From the NCBI GenBank assembly GCA_016649995.1, contig JAENWJ010000002.1, positions 4,014 to 68,013 of the forward strand: a DNA stretch of 64,000 nucleotides, given 5' to 3'. A program made the position numbers and the translations under genes. The notes beneath the pieces were generated by a model. It saw only the letters and a program-made list of their open reading frames with translations, searched no databases and was not told where the DNA came from. This DNA comes from Peptostreptococcaceae bacterium. GTDB taxonomy: Bacteria > Bacillota > Clostridia > Peptostreptococcales > BM714. This document shows, piece after piece, positions 37,836-48,024 of this stretch; the first letter of the stretch is position 1; each line of letters starts with the position of its first letter.

Positions 37836-38852
37836 TCAATTGATTTTCATGGTCGACTCCATCTCATGTTTTTTCAATCGTGTCATAAGATTGTTTACAG
37901 ATTCTTTTACATCATGATCCTCATAAAGGACACTATAAAGTTCATCAACTATAGGCATATTCACCGAATGTTTTTTAGCCAATTCAAATGCAGATTTCGT
38001 TGTGTAGATTCCCTCTACTACCATCCCAATTTTCTTTACAGCATCATCCGTTTTCATGCCCTCGCCTAACAATATGCCGCATCTCCTGTTTCGGCTATGC
38101 ATGCTCGTGCATGTTACAATCAAATCACCTATTCCGGTAAGCCCCGTAAATGTATCGACATTCGCATTCATGGCTTGTCCCAAACGGGCGATTTCAACTA
38201 TGCCTCTCGTCATCAAAGCGGCTTTTGCGTTGTCTCCATATCCCAATCCGTCGCTTATGCCAGCTCCCAGAGCAATAACATTTTTTAGCGATGCTCCAAT
38301 CTCAACTCCACAAACATCCGTATTGGTATAAACTCTAAGTCTCTCGGTTATAAACAAATCCTGAATCAATTCAGCCAATTCCAAGTTTTCAGACGCAGCC
38401 ACCAGTGTTGTCGGCATCCCTCTTGATACCTCTTCTGCATGGGAAGGTCCGCTAAGCGCTGCAAAAGGATTTTTCGAAAAAAACTCGTTCACTACCTCTG
38501 ACATTCTCTTTAATGTACCTATTTCAATTCCCTTTGAAACATTAACAATGATTTTGTCTCCCATCAATTCCGGTTTAATTCTTTCCAGTGTGCTTCTTAA
38601 ACCCTGTGATGCAACAGCTAAAATGACAATTTCCGCCATATGCAAGCATTTTTCTATGTCATTGGTAAAAATAATTTCTTTGTCTATCTTTATGCCTGGC
38701 AGGGAAAATTTATTTTCCCTGGTTTCTTTTATTTGCTCTATGTGCTCCAAGCTCCTGTCCCATACAACAACCTCATGTCCTTTACCATTTAAAGTTATTG
38801 CAATCGCCGTTCCCCAGCTGCCGGAACCCAAAATCGCAATTTTCTTTTTCAT
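37836..38852 (-). CDS. gpsA: NAD(P)H-dependent glycerol-3-phosphate dehydrogenase
   Basis: 338 aa with Rossmann motif ILGSGSWGTAIA. Adjacent to der as in B. subtilis. Confidence 0.92.
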   Translation of the reverse strand: MKKKIAILGSGSWGTAIAITLNGKGHEVVVWDRSLEHIEQIKETRENKFSLPGIKIDKEIIFTNDIEKCLHMAEIVILAVASQGLRSTLERIKPELMGDKIIVNVSKGIEIGTLKRMSEVVNEFFSKNPFAALSGPSHAEEVSRGMPTTLVAASENLELAELIQDLFITERLRVYTNTDVCGVEIGASLKNVIALGAGISDGLGYGDNAKAALMTRGIVEIARLGQAMNANVDTFTGLTGIGDLIVTCTSMHSRNRRCGILLGEGMKTDDAVKKIGMVVEGIYTTKSAFELAKKHSVNMPIVDELYSVLYEDHDVKESVNNLMTRLKKHEMESTMKIN

Positions 38853-38873
38853 AAAAACCTCCTTGTCGGCTTT

Positions 38874-40199
38874 TTAAATTTCTTTTATTTTTTCTTTCAC
38901 CTCGAAAACTATTGGCGTACCATCAAATCCGTATGCACCTCTTACCTTGTTTTCAAGATACCTAACGTACGAAAAATGCGCCAAATCCCTTTTGTTGACA
39001 AAGAGCACGAATTTTGGAGGCCTCACTGAAACTTGTGTCATGTAATAAATCTTAAGACGCTTTCCTTTGTCCGAAGGAGGTTGATTTAGCAAGACAGCTT
39101 CGTTCAATAAATCGTTCAGCGCACCGGTAGAAACTCTTTTGCTATATTCGCTATGCACAAAATCAATGCGTTCAATCAGCTTTTCAGTTCTTTTTCCTGT
39201 CTTTGCCGAAATAAATATAATTGGAGCATAAGACAAATAAGCCATCTCATTTCTGATGATTTTGACAAATTCATCATATGTCTTGTTGCCCTTCTCTATT
39301 GCATCCCATTTATTCACCACAATAACCATTGCGCGTCCAGCTTCATGAGCATAACCGGCGATGCGTTTATCCTGTTCCGATATTCCTTCCTCTGCATCAA
39401 GAACAAGAAAACATACATCAGCCCTTTCTATTGCGCTTAAGGACCGTATTACGCTATACTTTTCAACATTTTCATGTATTCTGCCTCTTCTTCTTATTCC
39501 AGCCGTATCAATCAGTATATATTTTTTTCCGTTTTGTTCAAATGGCGTATCTATTGCATCTCTTGTCGTTCCGGATATGTGGCTTACTATTACTCGTTCT
39601 TCACCCAGTATTCTGTTTATTATCGATGATTTTCCAACATTCGGTTTTCCTATTAGGGCTACCTTAACAACATCCTCTTCCTCCGCATAACCGGCTGATT
39701 CAGGAAAATGCCCTACTACATCGTCTAGCAGGTCTCCCAGATTCAAGCCGTTTGCAGATGAAATTGCCATAGGAGTTCCAATACCCAATGTATATGCATC
39801 GAGTACCGTATCATTTATGGATGTTATTTTGTCTACCTTGTTGACTACAAGCAATACAGGCTTTCTTGTTTTTCTAAGCATATCGGCGATATATTCATCT
39901 GTTGAAGTCAGCCCTTCTCTTCCGTCAAGCATGAATAAAATCACATCAGCTGTTTCTATAGCCAATTCTGCCTGCTTTTTCATATTGTCCATTATGATAT
40001 TTTCGCCTACAATCTCAATGCCTCCTGTATCAATCATAATGAATTTGTGATTAAGCCATTCCGCTTCAATGTATATCCTGTCTCTGGTTATTCCAGGCTT
40101 ATCCTCGACAATAGACACTCTTCTTCCTGCAATTTTATTAAAAAATGTAGATTTTCCAACATTAGGTCTTCCAACAATAGCTAGTATTGGTTTCGTCAT
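38874..40199 (-). CDS. der: ribosome-associated GTPase Der (EngA)
   Basis: Two tandem GTPase domains (GRPNVGKST and GKPNVGKSS P-loops) plus a KH-like C-terminal domain. 441 aa. Confidence 0.92.
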   Translation of the reverse strand: MTKPILAIVGRPNVGKSTFFNKIAGRRVSIVEDKPGITRDRIYIEAEWLNHKFIMIDTGGIEIVGENIIMDNMKKQAELAIETADVILFMLDGREGLTSTDEYIADMLRKTRKPVLLVVNKVDKITSINDTVLDAYTLGIGTPMAISSANGLNLGDLLDDVVGHFPESAGYAEEEDVVKVALIGKPNVGKSSIINRILGEERVIVSHISGTTRDAIDTPFEQNGKKYILIDTAGIRRRGRIHENVEKYSVIRSLSAIERADVCFLVLDAEEGISEQDKRIAGYAHEAGRAMVIVVNKWDAIEKGNKTYDEFVKIIRNEMAYLSYAPIIFISAKTGKRTEKLIERIDFVHSEYSKRVSTGALNDLLNEAVLLNQPPSDKGKRLKIYYMTQVSVRPPKFVLFVNKRDLAHFSYVRYLENKVRGAYGFDGTPIVFEVKEKIKEI

Positions 40200-40203
40200 A
40201 TAA

Positions 40204-41541
40204 TCAACTCCGATTCTTCAATTTAACAATCTTATCAACCAACATAAATCCGTCAACTTCAACCGGAATTATTTCTTTCATGAATCTTTTACCTATTTCA
40301 TCGATATCCATGTCGTCAACAGTCAACTTTGTACCTTCCTTTATCATCACACCCGGAATCAGCACTATTTTTTCTTCAATTTCAGCAAGTTTTTTTGTCA
40401 AATCCATTCCACTTACAAGGCCTGAAACCGTAATGCTTTTTCCGAAAAAATCGTTTTCGACTTTTGCAACTTCTATGGACAGACCCCCCATTTTTACCTC
40501 AAGAATATCTGCAATTCTTCTTATGAAGACGTATGAAAGCTCCCCTGTAACCATTGCTATTTTTAAACCTTCCATTGACACCGACCCGATTTTTCCCAAC
40601 GCATCATGTATCTGTCTTTCAAATTTTCTTACCATACCTACCCCATCTTCGATCTGCAGAAAGCCATCGTATTCGTCATAGGAAGGAAAATCCATCTCCG
40701 CTACTATATAGAATTCATCGGACAGATGCACATACGCCTTGCCATAGAGTTTCTTGAATTCCTTACGCTTCTTTTCAACAAGCGCAATTACTTCCCGAGC
40801 CTTTGATTTGTCTACTCTTTCCAATTTGTAAAGATTTTCTCTAAACTTGGTTATGCCTACAGGGACAATAGCCAAGCTCTGCAAATCGGGGAAAAAAATC
40901 TCCAAATCGTTCAATGTATTCTCAAGCACTTTTCCGTCATTTAGACCGGGGCAAAGCACTATTTGCCCATTAATAGGGATATGATGGTCGGCAAGAACTT
41001 TGATTTGCTTCATTATCTCCCCTGCATGTTTGTTTCCCATCATGCGAATTCTCGCTTCAGGGTCAGTCGCATGTACCGAAACATTGATTGGCGATATGTG
41101 AAACTTAATTATTCTATCTATATCTTTTTTATCAAGATTCGTAAAAGTGGCAAAATTTCCATGCAAGGCTGAAAGTCTGTAATCATCATCCTTTACATAC
41201 AATGAGGATCTCATGCCTGATGGCATTTGATCCACAAAGCAGAACAAACATTTATTATGGCAACGTAATATGTTATCAATGGTCGGAGAAACAAAAACCA
41301 ACCCAAGATCTTCATCATATTCCTTGTCTATTTCTATCTCCCACAATTCTCCACTAGGTTTATCTACTTCCACAAGAAGATATTCATCATTCGTCAGATA
41401 TATATAATCCAATATATCCGTGATTTTAGAACCGTTTACGCTTACCAGCCGATCTCCCTTTTCAATACCAGCTTCTTCTCCTATGCTTCCCTCTTTAACA
41501 TACTCTACCATGCCATCGCGAATCGCATCGCATTTTCCCAT
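40204..41541 (-). CDS. PDZ / radical-SAM-like / DUF512 protein of unknown function
   Basis: 445 aa with an N-terminal PDZ-like segment (GSIGEEAGIEKGDRLVSVNG), CxxxCxxC at C94/C98/C101 (CHNKCLFC) and a DUF512-type C-terminus. It sits directly upstream of der. Confidence 0.7.
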   Translation of the reverse strand: MGKCDAIRDGMVEYVKEGSIGEEAGIEKGDRLVSVNGSKITDILDYIYLTNDEYLLVEVDKPSGELWEIEIDKEYDEDLGLVFVSPTIDNILRCHNKCLFCFVDQMPSGMRSSLYVKDDDYRLSALHGNFATFTNLDKKDIDRIIKFHISPINVSVHATDPEARIRMMGNKHAGEIMKQIKVLADHHIPINGQIVLCPGLNDGKVLENTLNDLEIFFPDLQSLAIVPVGITKFRENLYKLERVDKSKAREVIALVEKKRKEFKKLYGKAYVHLSDEFYIVAEMDFPSYDEYDGFLQIEDGVGMVRKFERQIHDALGKIGSVSMEGLKIAMVTGELSYVFIRRIADILEVKMGGLSIEVAKVENDFFGKSITVSGLVSGMDLTKKLAEIEEKIVLIPGVMIKEGTKLTVDDMDIDEIGKRFMKEIIPVEVDGFMLVDKIVKLKNRS

Positions 41542-41543
41542 TC

Positions 41544-42005
41544 TTATGCATCCTTTTCGTTTAAAATTTTCTTCAATTCATCCATGAAGGTATTAATATC
41601 CTTGAATTGTCTGTAGACAGACGCAAAGCGGACATAGGCAACTTCATCGGTATCTTTCAAATACTGCATTACCAATTCTCCGATATGCACCGATTCTATT
41701 TCCTTTTCCAAAGAACTTTGCAATTCCTTTTCCAATTCATCAACAATGTGTTCAATTGTTTGCAGCGAAACAGGTCTTTTTTCGCAAGCCTTTATGATTC
41801 CATTCCTTATTTTATCGCGATTGAAAGATTCCCTGCTCATGTCTTTCTTAACAACAACAAGTGGGATTTCCTCAATTTTTTCATAGGTCGTGAACCTTCT
41901 TTTGCATTCGAGGCATTCACGCCTTCTCCTAATTGAATTCCCTTCGTCTGTCGGTCTAGAATCAATCACTTTTGTTTCACTATTGCTGCAAAATGGACAA
42001 TTCAT
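41544..42005 (-). CDS. nrdR: transcriptional repressor NrdR
   Basis: 153 aa with zinc ribbon CPFC...[12 protein letters not shown] plus an ATP-cone. Confidence 0.92.
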   Translation of the reverse strand: MNCPFCSNSETKVIDSRPTDEGNSIRRRRECLECKRRFTTYEKIEEIPLVVVKKDMSRESFNRDKIRNGIIKACEKRPVSLQTIEHIVDELEKELQSSLEKEIESVHIGELVMQYLKDTDEVAYVRFASVYRQFKDINTFMDELKKILNEKDA

Positions 42006-42032
42006 GAACTACCTCCTTTCAACTATAAAGAA

Positions 42033-43211
42033 CTACAACGCATTTCTTTTCGACCGCAAAAATGTCGGAATATCCAATACCTCAAATCCATCATCATTTG
42101 ATTTTGAAAAACCCTCTTCAACGATTTCAATCTGGCATTCCTCTATTTCATCGTCGCATTCTTCATTCTCGGAATCTGTTTCTTCCAATGCAACAGTTCT
42201 CACTTTCACTTCTTCTTGGGGCTCTTCTTTTTTTAATGTCTCAGTAGCAACCCCTATATATTTGTCAAATCCTGTAGCAATGACAGTTATTCTAATCTCG
42301 TCTTTCATATCGTCGTCTATTACAGCCCCGAAAATTATATTTGCATCAGGATCCGCCGCTTCTGAAACCAATTCGGCTGCTTCATTTATCTCAAATAAGC
42401 CCAAATCGGCTCCCCCGGTTATGTTAAGCAATACTCCTTTTGAACCATTGATAGTCGTTTCCAGCAAAGGGCTTTGAATAGCCATCCTCGCTGCTTCCTT
42501 CGCCCTATCTTCTCCGCTTGCTTTGCCTATGCCCATGTGTGCCAATCCTTGTTCATGCATGATTGTTTTAACATCAGCAAAATCAAGGTTTACCAGTCCG
42601 GGTATCGATATCAAATCGGAAATGCCTTGAACGCCTTGCCTCAATACATCATCCGCCACTTGAAACGCCTGCATTATGGACGCTTTCTTCCCTACAACCT
42701 GAAGCAAACGGTCATTCGGTATAGTAACAAGCGTATCTACTGTTTCACTCAATCTTTCTATTCCGGCTTCGGCATGCTGCTTTCTTACTTTACCTTCAAA
42801 TCCGAAAGGCTTAGTAACGACTCCAACCGTCAGAATTCCCATTTCCTTAGCAATTGCAGCAACAATCGGCGCTGCTCCAGTTCCTGTTCCGCCACCCATT
42901 CCTGCAGTTACAAACACCATATCTGCACCATTCAATGCCTGCGCTATTTCATCACGGCTTTCTTCGGCAGATTTTTTGCCAATCTCAGGGTTTGCTCCGG
43001 CTCCAAGACCTTGAGTGATTTTTTCTCCTATCTGTATTTTGAATTCCGCCTTGGAAGAGAAAAGCGACTGTTTATCTGTATTTATGGCAATAAATTGCAC
43101 GCCTTTTAAGTTCGCATCAATCATTCGATTAACGGCATTGTTTCCGCCACCACCAACTCCAACAACTTTTATTTGTGCAAATCGCTCAATATCGGTATCA
43201 AATTCCAACAT
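42033..43211 (-). CDS. ftsZ: cell division protein FtsZ
   Basis: 392 aa with [15 protein letters not shown], the tubulin signature [10 protein letters not shown], and a C-terminal conserved peptide (LDIPTFLR). Confidence 0.95.
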   Translation of the reverse strand: MLEFDTDIERFAQIKVVGVGGGGNNAVNRMIDANLKGVQFIAINTDKQSLFSSKAEFKIQIGEKITQGLGAGANPEIGKKSAEESRDEIAQALNGADMVFVTAGMGGGTGTGAAPIVAAIAKEMGILTVGVVTKPFGFEGKVRKQHAEAGIERLSETVDTLVTIPNDRLLQVVGKKASIMQAFQVADDVLRQGVQGISDLISIPGLVNLDFADVKTIMHEQGLAHMGIGKASGEDRAKEAARMAIQSPLLETTINGSKGVLLNITGGADLGLFEINEAAELVSEAADPDANIIFGAVIDDDMKDEIRITVIATGFDKYIGVATETLKKEEPQEEVKVRTVALEETDSENEECDDEIEECQIEIVEEGFSKSNDDGFEVLDIPTFLRSKRNAL

Positions 43212-43268
43212 TTAGTACCCCCCTTATCAACTATTTATCACTTGCAAATCCACGCTTATTTATTATTG

Positions 43269-43277
43269 ATTGTAACA
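43269..43277 (-). promoter_or_regulatory. possible extended -10 promoter element upstream of ftsZ
   Basis: Minus strand reads TGtTACAAT about 55 nt upstream of the ftsZ ATG. There is no good -35 hexamer. Confidence 0.3.
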
Positions 43278-43297
43278 CAAAACACTTCATATAGCTC

Positions 43298-43636
43298 TCA
43301 TTCTCTTAATTTTGATATGAAGTACCTCCTGATAAAGGCAAAATTTTCAAATAGCCTGACACCAAAAGCTACAATCGCCGCATAATACAGGGGAACACCC
43401 AATTGATCCCCAATATACGCCAGCATACCTGCAAGAAAGGCATTCCCGAAAAACCCCGTTGTGAAAATAAGCGTATCAAATTTATTTTCCAGGTTTGCGC
43501 GTACAGCTCCAAATATAGAATCAAAAGCAGCTATTATGGAAATCGAAAGATACAGTGAGTATTGAGCCGGAAATGTTACAGGTAAATAAAAACCAATTCC
43601 TAATCCGACTATTATTCCAACCAAAGCAACAATCAT
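43298..43636 (-). CDS. sbp: small basic protein Sbp (DUF1290)
   Basis: 112 aa with four predicted TM segments. Positioned after the two DUF881 genes as in B. subtilis ylxW-ylxX-sbp. Confidence 0.75.
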   Translation of the reverse strand: MIVALVGIIVGLGIGFYLPVTFPAQYSLYLSISIIAAFDSIFGAVRANLENKFDTLIFTTGFFGNAFLAGMLAYIGDQLGVPLYYAAIVAFGVRLFENFAFIRRYFISKLRE

Positions 43637-44370
43637 GGTTTATCATTCCTTTCAACTACTTTCATATAATTGTAATCCAACGGCTCTTCATAAGATGGTA
43701 TACCTATACTTACACTAGTATTTGCTTCTACGAAAAGACCTACCTGCTTTAATAGATTTCCATAGGTCCCCGGTGCCTTTATTGCAGCCTGCAGATAATC
43801 GGAATTGCCAATCGCCTTAATAATATAGGGCTGCGAATAAACCTGGTCATTTATCTTTATTGTTGGACCGGCGCAATTGATTTCACTTACGGAAATTATT
43901 CTTTGTCCGTTAAGCGAAATTGCTTCCGCTCCAGCAATTTTCAAATCATTTACTATGTTCAATACATCTATGTCATGGACAAGCAAATTGTTTGGATCCT
44001 CTCCTTCAATCAGTTCCCTTTCTCCGTCACTAAGCAGCACGAGCACACCTGGCCCCTCAAGCCCCAATAACCCTGCAACAGCCTTATATTCATCTGCTTC
44101 TTGCTCTAGCAATGATTGAACATTTCCTTTGGCCTGCTCATCCTTGATATTCTTAATTTTCTCTTTTGTTTCTACTAGAAGGTTTCCTAAGGATTTTATC
44201 TCCACTTGCTCTATTTCAATCACTCTTTTGTAATCGTTTATTAGCTTGAAAGGTATTATCTTATACTCGCTTGATGCATTGCTCAACAAAAGAGCCGTAA
44301 ACAACCCTACTATGCATGCCATAATAAAGATATAAAATTTGTTGCTCATTTTCATAAGCCACCGTTTCAT
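43633..44370 (-). CDS. DUF881 domain protein (YlxW/YlxX-like division-associated protein)
   Basis: A single TM helix, a coiled-coil segment and a DUF881-type C-terminus (LVHDIDVLNIVNDL..AGAEAISLNGQRI). The ATG at 44370 has GGTGGA upstream and lies 1 nt after the previous stop. Confidence 0.75.
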   Translation of the reverse strand: MKRWLMKMSNKFYIFIMACIVGLFTALLLSNASSEYKIIPFKLINDYKRVIEIEQVEIKSLGNLLVETKEKIKNIKDEQAKGNVQSLLEQEADEYKAVAGLLGLEGPGVLVLLSDGERELIEGEDPNNLLVHDIDVLNIVNDLKIAGAEAISLNGQRIISVSEINCAGPTIKINDQVYSQPYIIKAIGNSDYLQAAIKAPGTYGNLLKQVGLFVEANTSVSIGIPSYEEPLDYNYMKVVERNDKP

Positions 44371-44371
44371 A

Positions 44372-45103
44372 TCATTCCACCGGCTCGGCATATCTGAATT
44401 TTATTACATCCTTGTATTTTTCAATCACTATGTTTTCAAATTTCTTTATGCCCACTTGCAACTTATAATTTTCGCGCATTTCCCACACGATTCCATATCT
44501 TATATTCAACGAAGCCTCAAGCGTGTCAGAATTTCCTATTGCCTTTATCGCAAAAGGCGGAGCTGTAGGCACATTGTTTATATTCAAATTGTTTCCGGCA
44601 AGATGTATTTCGGTCATTGCTATTATTCTTTGGTTATTAACCGACACAGCTTCAGCACCTGCAGCATTGAGTATATTGAGCATAGAGAGAATCAAATCGT
44701 AATTGTACATAATTACACTCCCGTTCTCTCTGGAGTATTCAATATTCTCCAACGGATCTTCAATTATAACTTGTATACCTTCTCCCTCTACATCTTCAAG
44801 TCCGGCAACAACCCTAAACTTCAATATGTCGTCATTCAGGCTCTTTATTACAGCGCTTTCTTTTGATTCAGATTCTTTGATGGTTCGCAGTTCAGATTCG
44901 TAGTATTCAAGCTGTTCCTGCAATGTTTCTTTTTCAGCTATTGTATTGCTCAATTCATTCTCAAGCTGTATAGCCCTTTGGCTTGGGAAAAGACCTTCTA
45001 GATAACTGCTGTTTACTGCTTTGTATTGAATTGAAAAAACCATGCCAAGCACAATGCTTATAAAGCCTATTGTTATTTTTGTTTTTACGTCAAATCTTTT
45101 CAT
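44372..45103 (-). CDS. DUF881 domain protein (paralog)
   Basis: Same architecture as its neighbour (NYDLILSMLNILNAAGAEAVSVNNQRI). The ATG at 45103 has AGGAG 8 nt upstream. The track start at 45148 overlaps ftsQ. Confidence 0.75.
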   Translation of the reverse strand: MKRFDVKTKITIGFISIVLGMVFSIQYKAVNSSYLEGLFPSQRAIQLENELSNTIAEKETLQEQLEYYESELRTIKESESKESAVIKSLNDDILKFRVVAGLEDVEGEGIQVIIEDPLENIEYSRENGSVIMYNYDLILSMLNILNAAGAEAVSVNNQRIIAMTEIHLAGNNLNINNVPTAPPFAIKAIGNSDTLEASLNIRYGIVWEMRENYKLQVGIKKFENIVIEKYKDVIKFRYAEPVE

Positions 45104-45113
45104 ACAACCACTC

Positions 45114-45842
45114 CTAGTAAATCGGATAATAAACCGGGTTTTTTTCATATCTCATGTTGATTATACCTCTATTGATATTCTTGCTACTTAAATCTTGCAA
45201 AATTAATTTCATTTTTTCCAATTTGTCTTCAATTGGATCGTCAAGAAGCCCGAAATCCACCAAAAAGTCCTTTTGTATCTGCAAAATCAAATGATTATCC
45301 TCAATAAATACAAAATCGGTTTTTTCTTCAATATCATTCTTGAGAAATTTCGCAAGCATTATAATATTTTCAAGAACCTCGTATTTATCGGTCACTATGA
45401 CCGAATTCCTTGCGAATCTTTCAAATTCAAAACCCTTTACCCTAAGGTAATCACCGCTTAACCCTTCTTCTGGGAATGGCTCATAATCCATTACATAGCC
45501 ATCTGCTGCTATCCCTATAGTTCCATTCATATATTCTACTTGAATAATTTTTTCTCTCAAAATTACATCTATCTCTATTGAATCAGGAAAATGGCGTCTT
45601 AATGTTACTGACTTTACCTCCGGGTTTTCTTCGAGCATCGTCATGACTTCTTCTGCATTCAAAATAAAAATATTTTGCCCCAATATTGATTCCGACAATG
45701 CATCGTCATAAACGGTTGCTATTTTGGGCATAATGCTGCAGTTCTCTACGATAAATATATTCGTCATGAAAACTATTGTATAAATCGCGACAATAAAAAC
45801 CGCAATTGCAATTGCTATCTTAAAGGTATTTTTGCGCTTCAC
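45114..45842 (-). CDS. ftsQ: cell division protein FtsQ/DivIB (POTRA domain)
   Basis: 242 aa with one TM helix and a POTRA-like segment. Positioned between murG and the DUF881 genes. Confidence 0.75.
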   Translation of the reverse strand: MKRKNTFKIAIAIAVFIVAIYTIVFMTNIFIVENCSIMPKIATVYDDALSESILGQNIFILNAEEVMTMLEENPEVKSVTLRRHFPDSIEIDVILREKIIQVEYMNGTIGIAADGYVMDYEPFPEEGLSGDYLRVKGFEFERFARNSVIVTDKYEVLENIIMLAKFLKNDIEEKTDFVFIEDNHLILQIQKDFLVDFGLLDDPIEDKLEKMKLILQDLSSKNINRGIINMRYEKNPVYYPIY

Positions 45843-45844
45843 TG

Positions 45845-46921
45845 TTACATCATCCTGTCCACTATCGACTTAGTCGCATCGCTTTTCTTGTAAAAACCAG
45901 CGCATTTCTCCATGCTCCTGATTCTATCCCGTTCTTCATAAAGTTGCAATATTGTTTCTGCCAAGTTTTTCCCGGTAAGATTCTTTTCTTCCATTAGCAC
46001 CGCGCAACCGGATTCCTTTAAAGCAGAAGCATTATGAAACTGGTGGTTGCCTGTAACGTTTGGCGAAGGAATCAATAATGACGGTTTGCCAAGTTTAAGT
46101 ATTTCCGCAACGGTTATAGCCCCTGCTCTTGAAATAACAATATCAGATGCAGCCATATGAACAGCCATATCCGAAATATATGGATGGATTACCATACTAT
46201 CATCCTCGCAATCGAAATCCTTTATGAATTCTTCATAATAGCGCTTACCGGTTATATGAGTAAAATGAATCTTTTTGCCTTTTAAACTCTCCATGCTTTC
46301 CTTAATCATCCCATTCAGAACGCAGGCCCCGCCGCTTCCTCCCATGCTGAGCACTCGAAACTGCTCATGGGGAATACCCAGTTTTTTTCTCGCTTCGGTT
46401 TTATTTGTTTCGTAAAACTCTTTTCGAACGGGATTTCCCGTGTAATGAACTCTTTTTTTTCTTACAAAAAATTTCTCAGAGGCTTCAAACCCAGTCATTA
46501 TTTCCGAAACAATCAGTCCAAGCAATTTATTCGTCACTCCAGGATATGCATTTTGCTCATGAACACAAGTTTTAATACCCTTTAGCGAAGCCATAAACAC
46601 CATTGGTCCTGACACATACCCGCCTGTTCCTATGACAAGTTCAGGTTTGAATTTCTTGAGTATATCCTTGCATTGAACGAATCCCTTGAAAATAGTTAAA
46701 ACAACCTTTACATTTTTCAGAATGCTTCTTCTGTTCAATCCAGCTGCTTCGATTATTTCCAATCTATAACCGGCCTCCGGGACCACCCTGCTCTCAAGGC
46801 CTTTCTCGGTTCCAACAAAAATTATTTCTGCATCCGGCTTTCTTCTTTTTATTTCATCAGCAATCGAAAGAGCCGGATACACATGGCCTCCGGTTCCACC
46901 TCCTGTAATAATTATCTTCAT
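45845..46921 (-). CDS. murG: UDP-N-acetylglucosamine--lipid I N-acetylglucosaminyltransferase MurG
   Basis: 358 aa with N-terminus MKIIITGGGTGGHVYPALSIA. Confidence 0.92.
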   Translation of the reverse strand: MKIIITGGGTGGHVYPALSIADEIKRRKPDAEIIFVGTEKGLESRVVPEAGYRLEIIEAAGLNRRSILKNVKVVLTIFKGFVQCKDILKKFKPELVIGTGGYVSGPMVFMASLKGIKTCVHEQNAYPGVTNKLLGLIVSEIMTGFEASEKFFVRKKRVHYTGNPVRKEFYETNKTEARKKLGIPHEQFRVLSMGGSGGACVLNGMIKESMESLKGKKIHFTHITGKRYYEEFIKDFDCEDDSMVIHPYISDMAVHMAASDIVISRAGAITVAEILKLGKPSLLIPSPNVTGNHQFHNASALKESGCAVLMEEKNLTGKNLAETILQLYEERDRIRSMEKCAGFYKKSDATKSIVDRMM

Positions 46922-48021
46922 TGTGCCACCCTCATTCCCTGTTTGGAAATATTCATTAGTATACCCATTTCAGTCATAAGTATAATCATGGAACTCCCTC
47001 CATAGCTTATAAATGGAAGCGGAATACCTGTAACCGGCATTGACGATGTCGCCACTGCAATATTAATCATCACTTGAAAGGCTATCATTGACACGATGCC
47101 TGTCGCTAGAAGCGTCCCGAAAAGATCCGGTGCATTTTGCGCAATTTTTACACCCTTCCATATCAATGCCATATAAAGACCCATTACTATAAGGCACCCT
47201 ATTAAGCCCAACTCTTCACCTATAGTCGCAAAAATGAAATCATTCTGCGGTTCAGGTATGTACAGCTTGTTTTGCATGCCCTTCCCGAGCCCCACACCAA
47301 ACAATCCGCCGGATCCAAGTGCATAAAGCGATTGAATAACTTGGTATCCACTATCCGCGGCATCTGCGAAAGGATCTCTGAAACTCAAAAACCTTAGATA
47401 TCTATAGGGACTGCTTTTTATAAAGTAAAACCCCAAAGCAATACCCGCAGCTATAATACCAAGCAAATATCTCCACCACATGCCAGCAACAAAAAGCATT
47501 GCAAAAGCAATCAGAATCATTATGACTGAGGTCGACATGTTTGGCTGTTTAATGATAAGTGCCGAATAAAGTACCGCCATTGCTAGATATGGTAGGTTTC
47601 CCTTAAAAAACTTGTTTATTTTATTATTGTTTTTTGACAAGCTATATGCCAAAAAAACAATCAGGCATAGCTTCGCAACTTCCGAAGGCTGAAAACGAAA
47701 TCCCCCTAATTCAAGCCATCTTCTTGCATGGTTTATCTCAACTCCAAATGATGTGAGAACCAATATAAGCAAGGCCAAGCCGATTAAATATGCAACAGGT
47801 GAAATTTTTTCAATAACATGATAATCAATCATAACAAATACAAACATTATGGCAAGTCCAAGGAACACCCATATTACATCCTTTATCAAGAAATAGTATA
47901 TGTTTCCCATTTTATCCAGTGCATAGTAATAACTCGAACTGAATACCATTATTACCCCTATGCTTACCAATATTAAAATCAGGCTCAACAGATACACATC
48001 AATTTTGTTTTTTGATTTCAT
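46918..48021 (-). CDS. ftsW: SEDS peptidoglycan glycosyltransferase FtsW
   Basis: 367 aa, polytopic membrane protein with SEDS motifs (RWLELGGFRFQPSE, PVTGIPLPFISYGGSS). Confidence 0.9.
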   Translation of the reverse strand: MKSKNKIDVYLLSLILILVSIGVIMVFSSSYYYALDKMGNIYYFLIKDVIWVFLGLAIMFVFVMIDYHVIEKISPVAYLIGLALLILVLTSFGVEINHARRWLELGGFRFQPSEVAKLCLIVFLAYSLSKNNNKINKFFKGNLPYLAMAVLYSALIIKQPNMSTSVIMILIAFAMLFVAGMWWRYLLGIIAAGIALGFYFIKSSPYRYLRFLSFRDPFADAADSGYQVIQSLYALGSGGLFGVGLGKGMQNKLYIPEPQNDFIFATIGEELGLIGCLIVMGLYMALIWKGVKIAQNAPDLFGTLLATGIVSMIAFQVMINIAVATSSMPVTGIPLPFISYGGSSMIILMTEMGILMNISKQGMRVAQ

Positions 48022-48024
48022 ATA

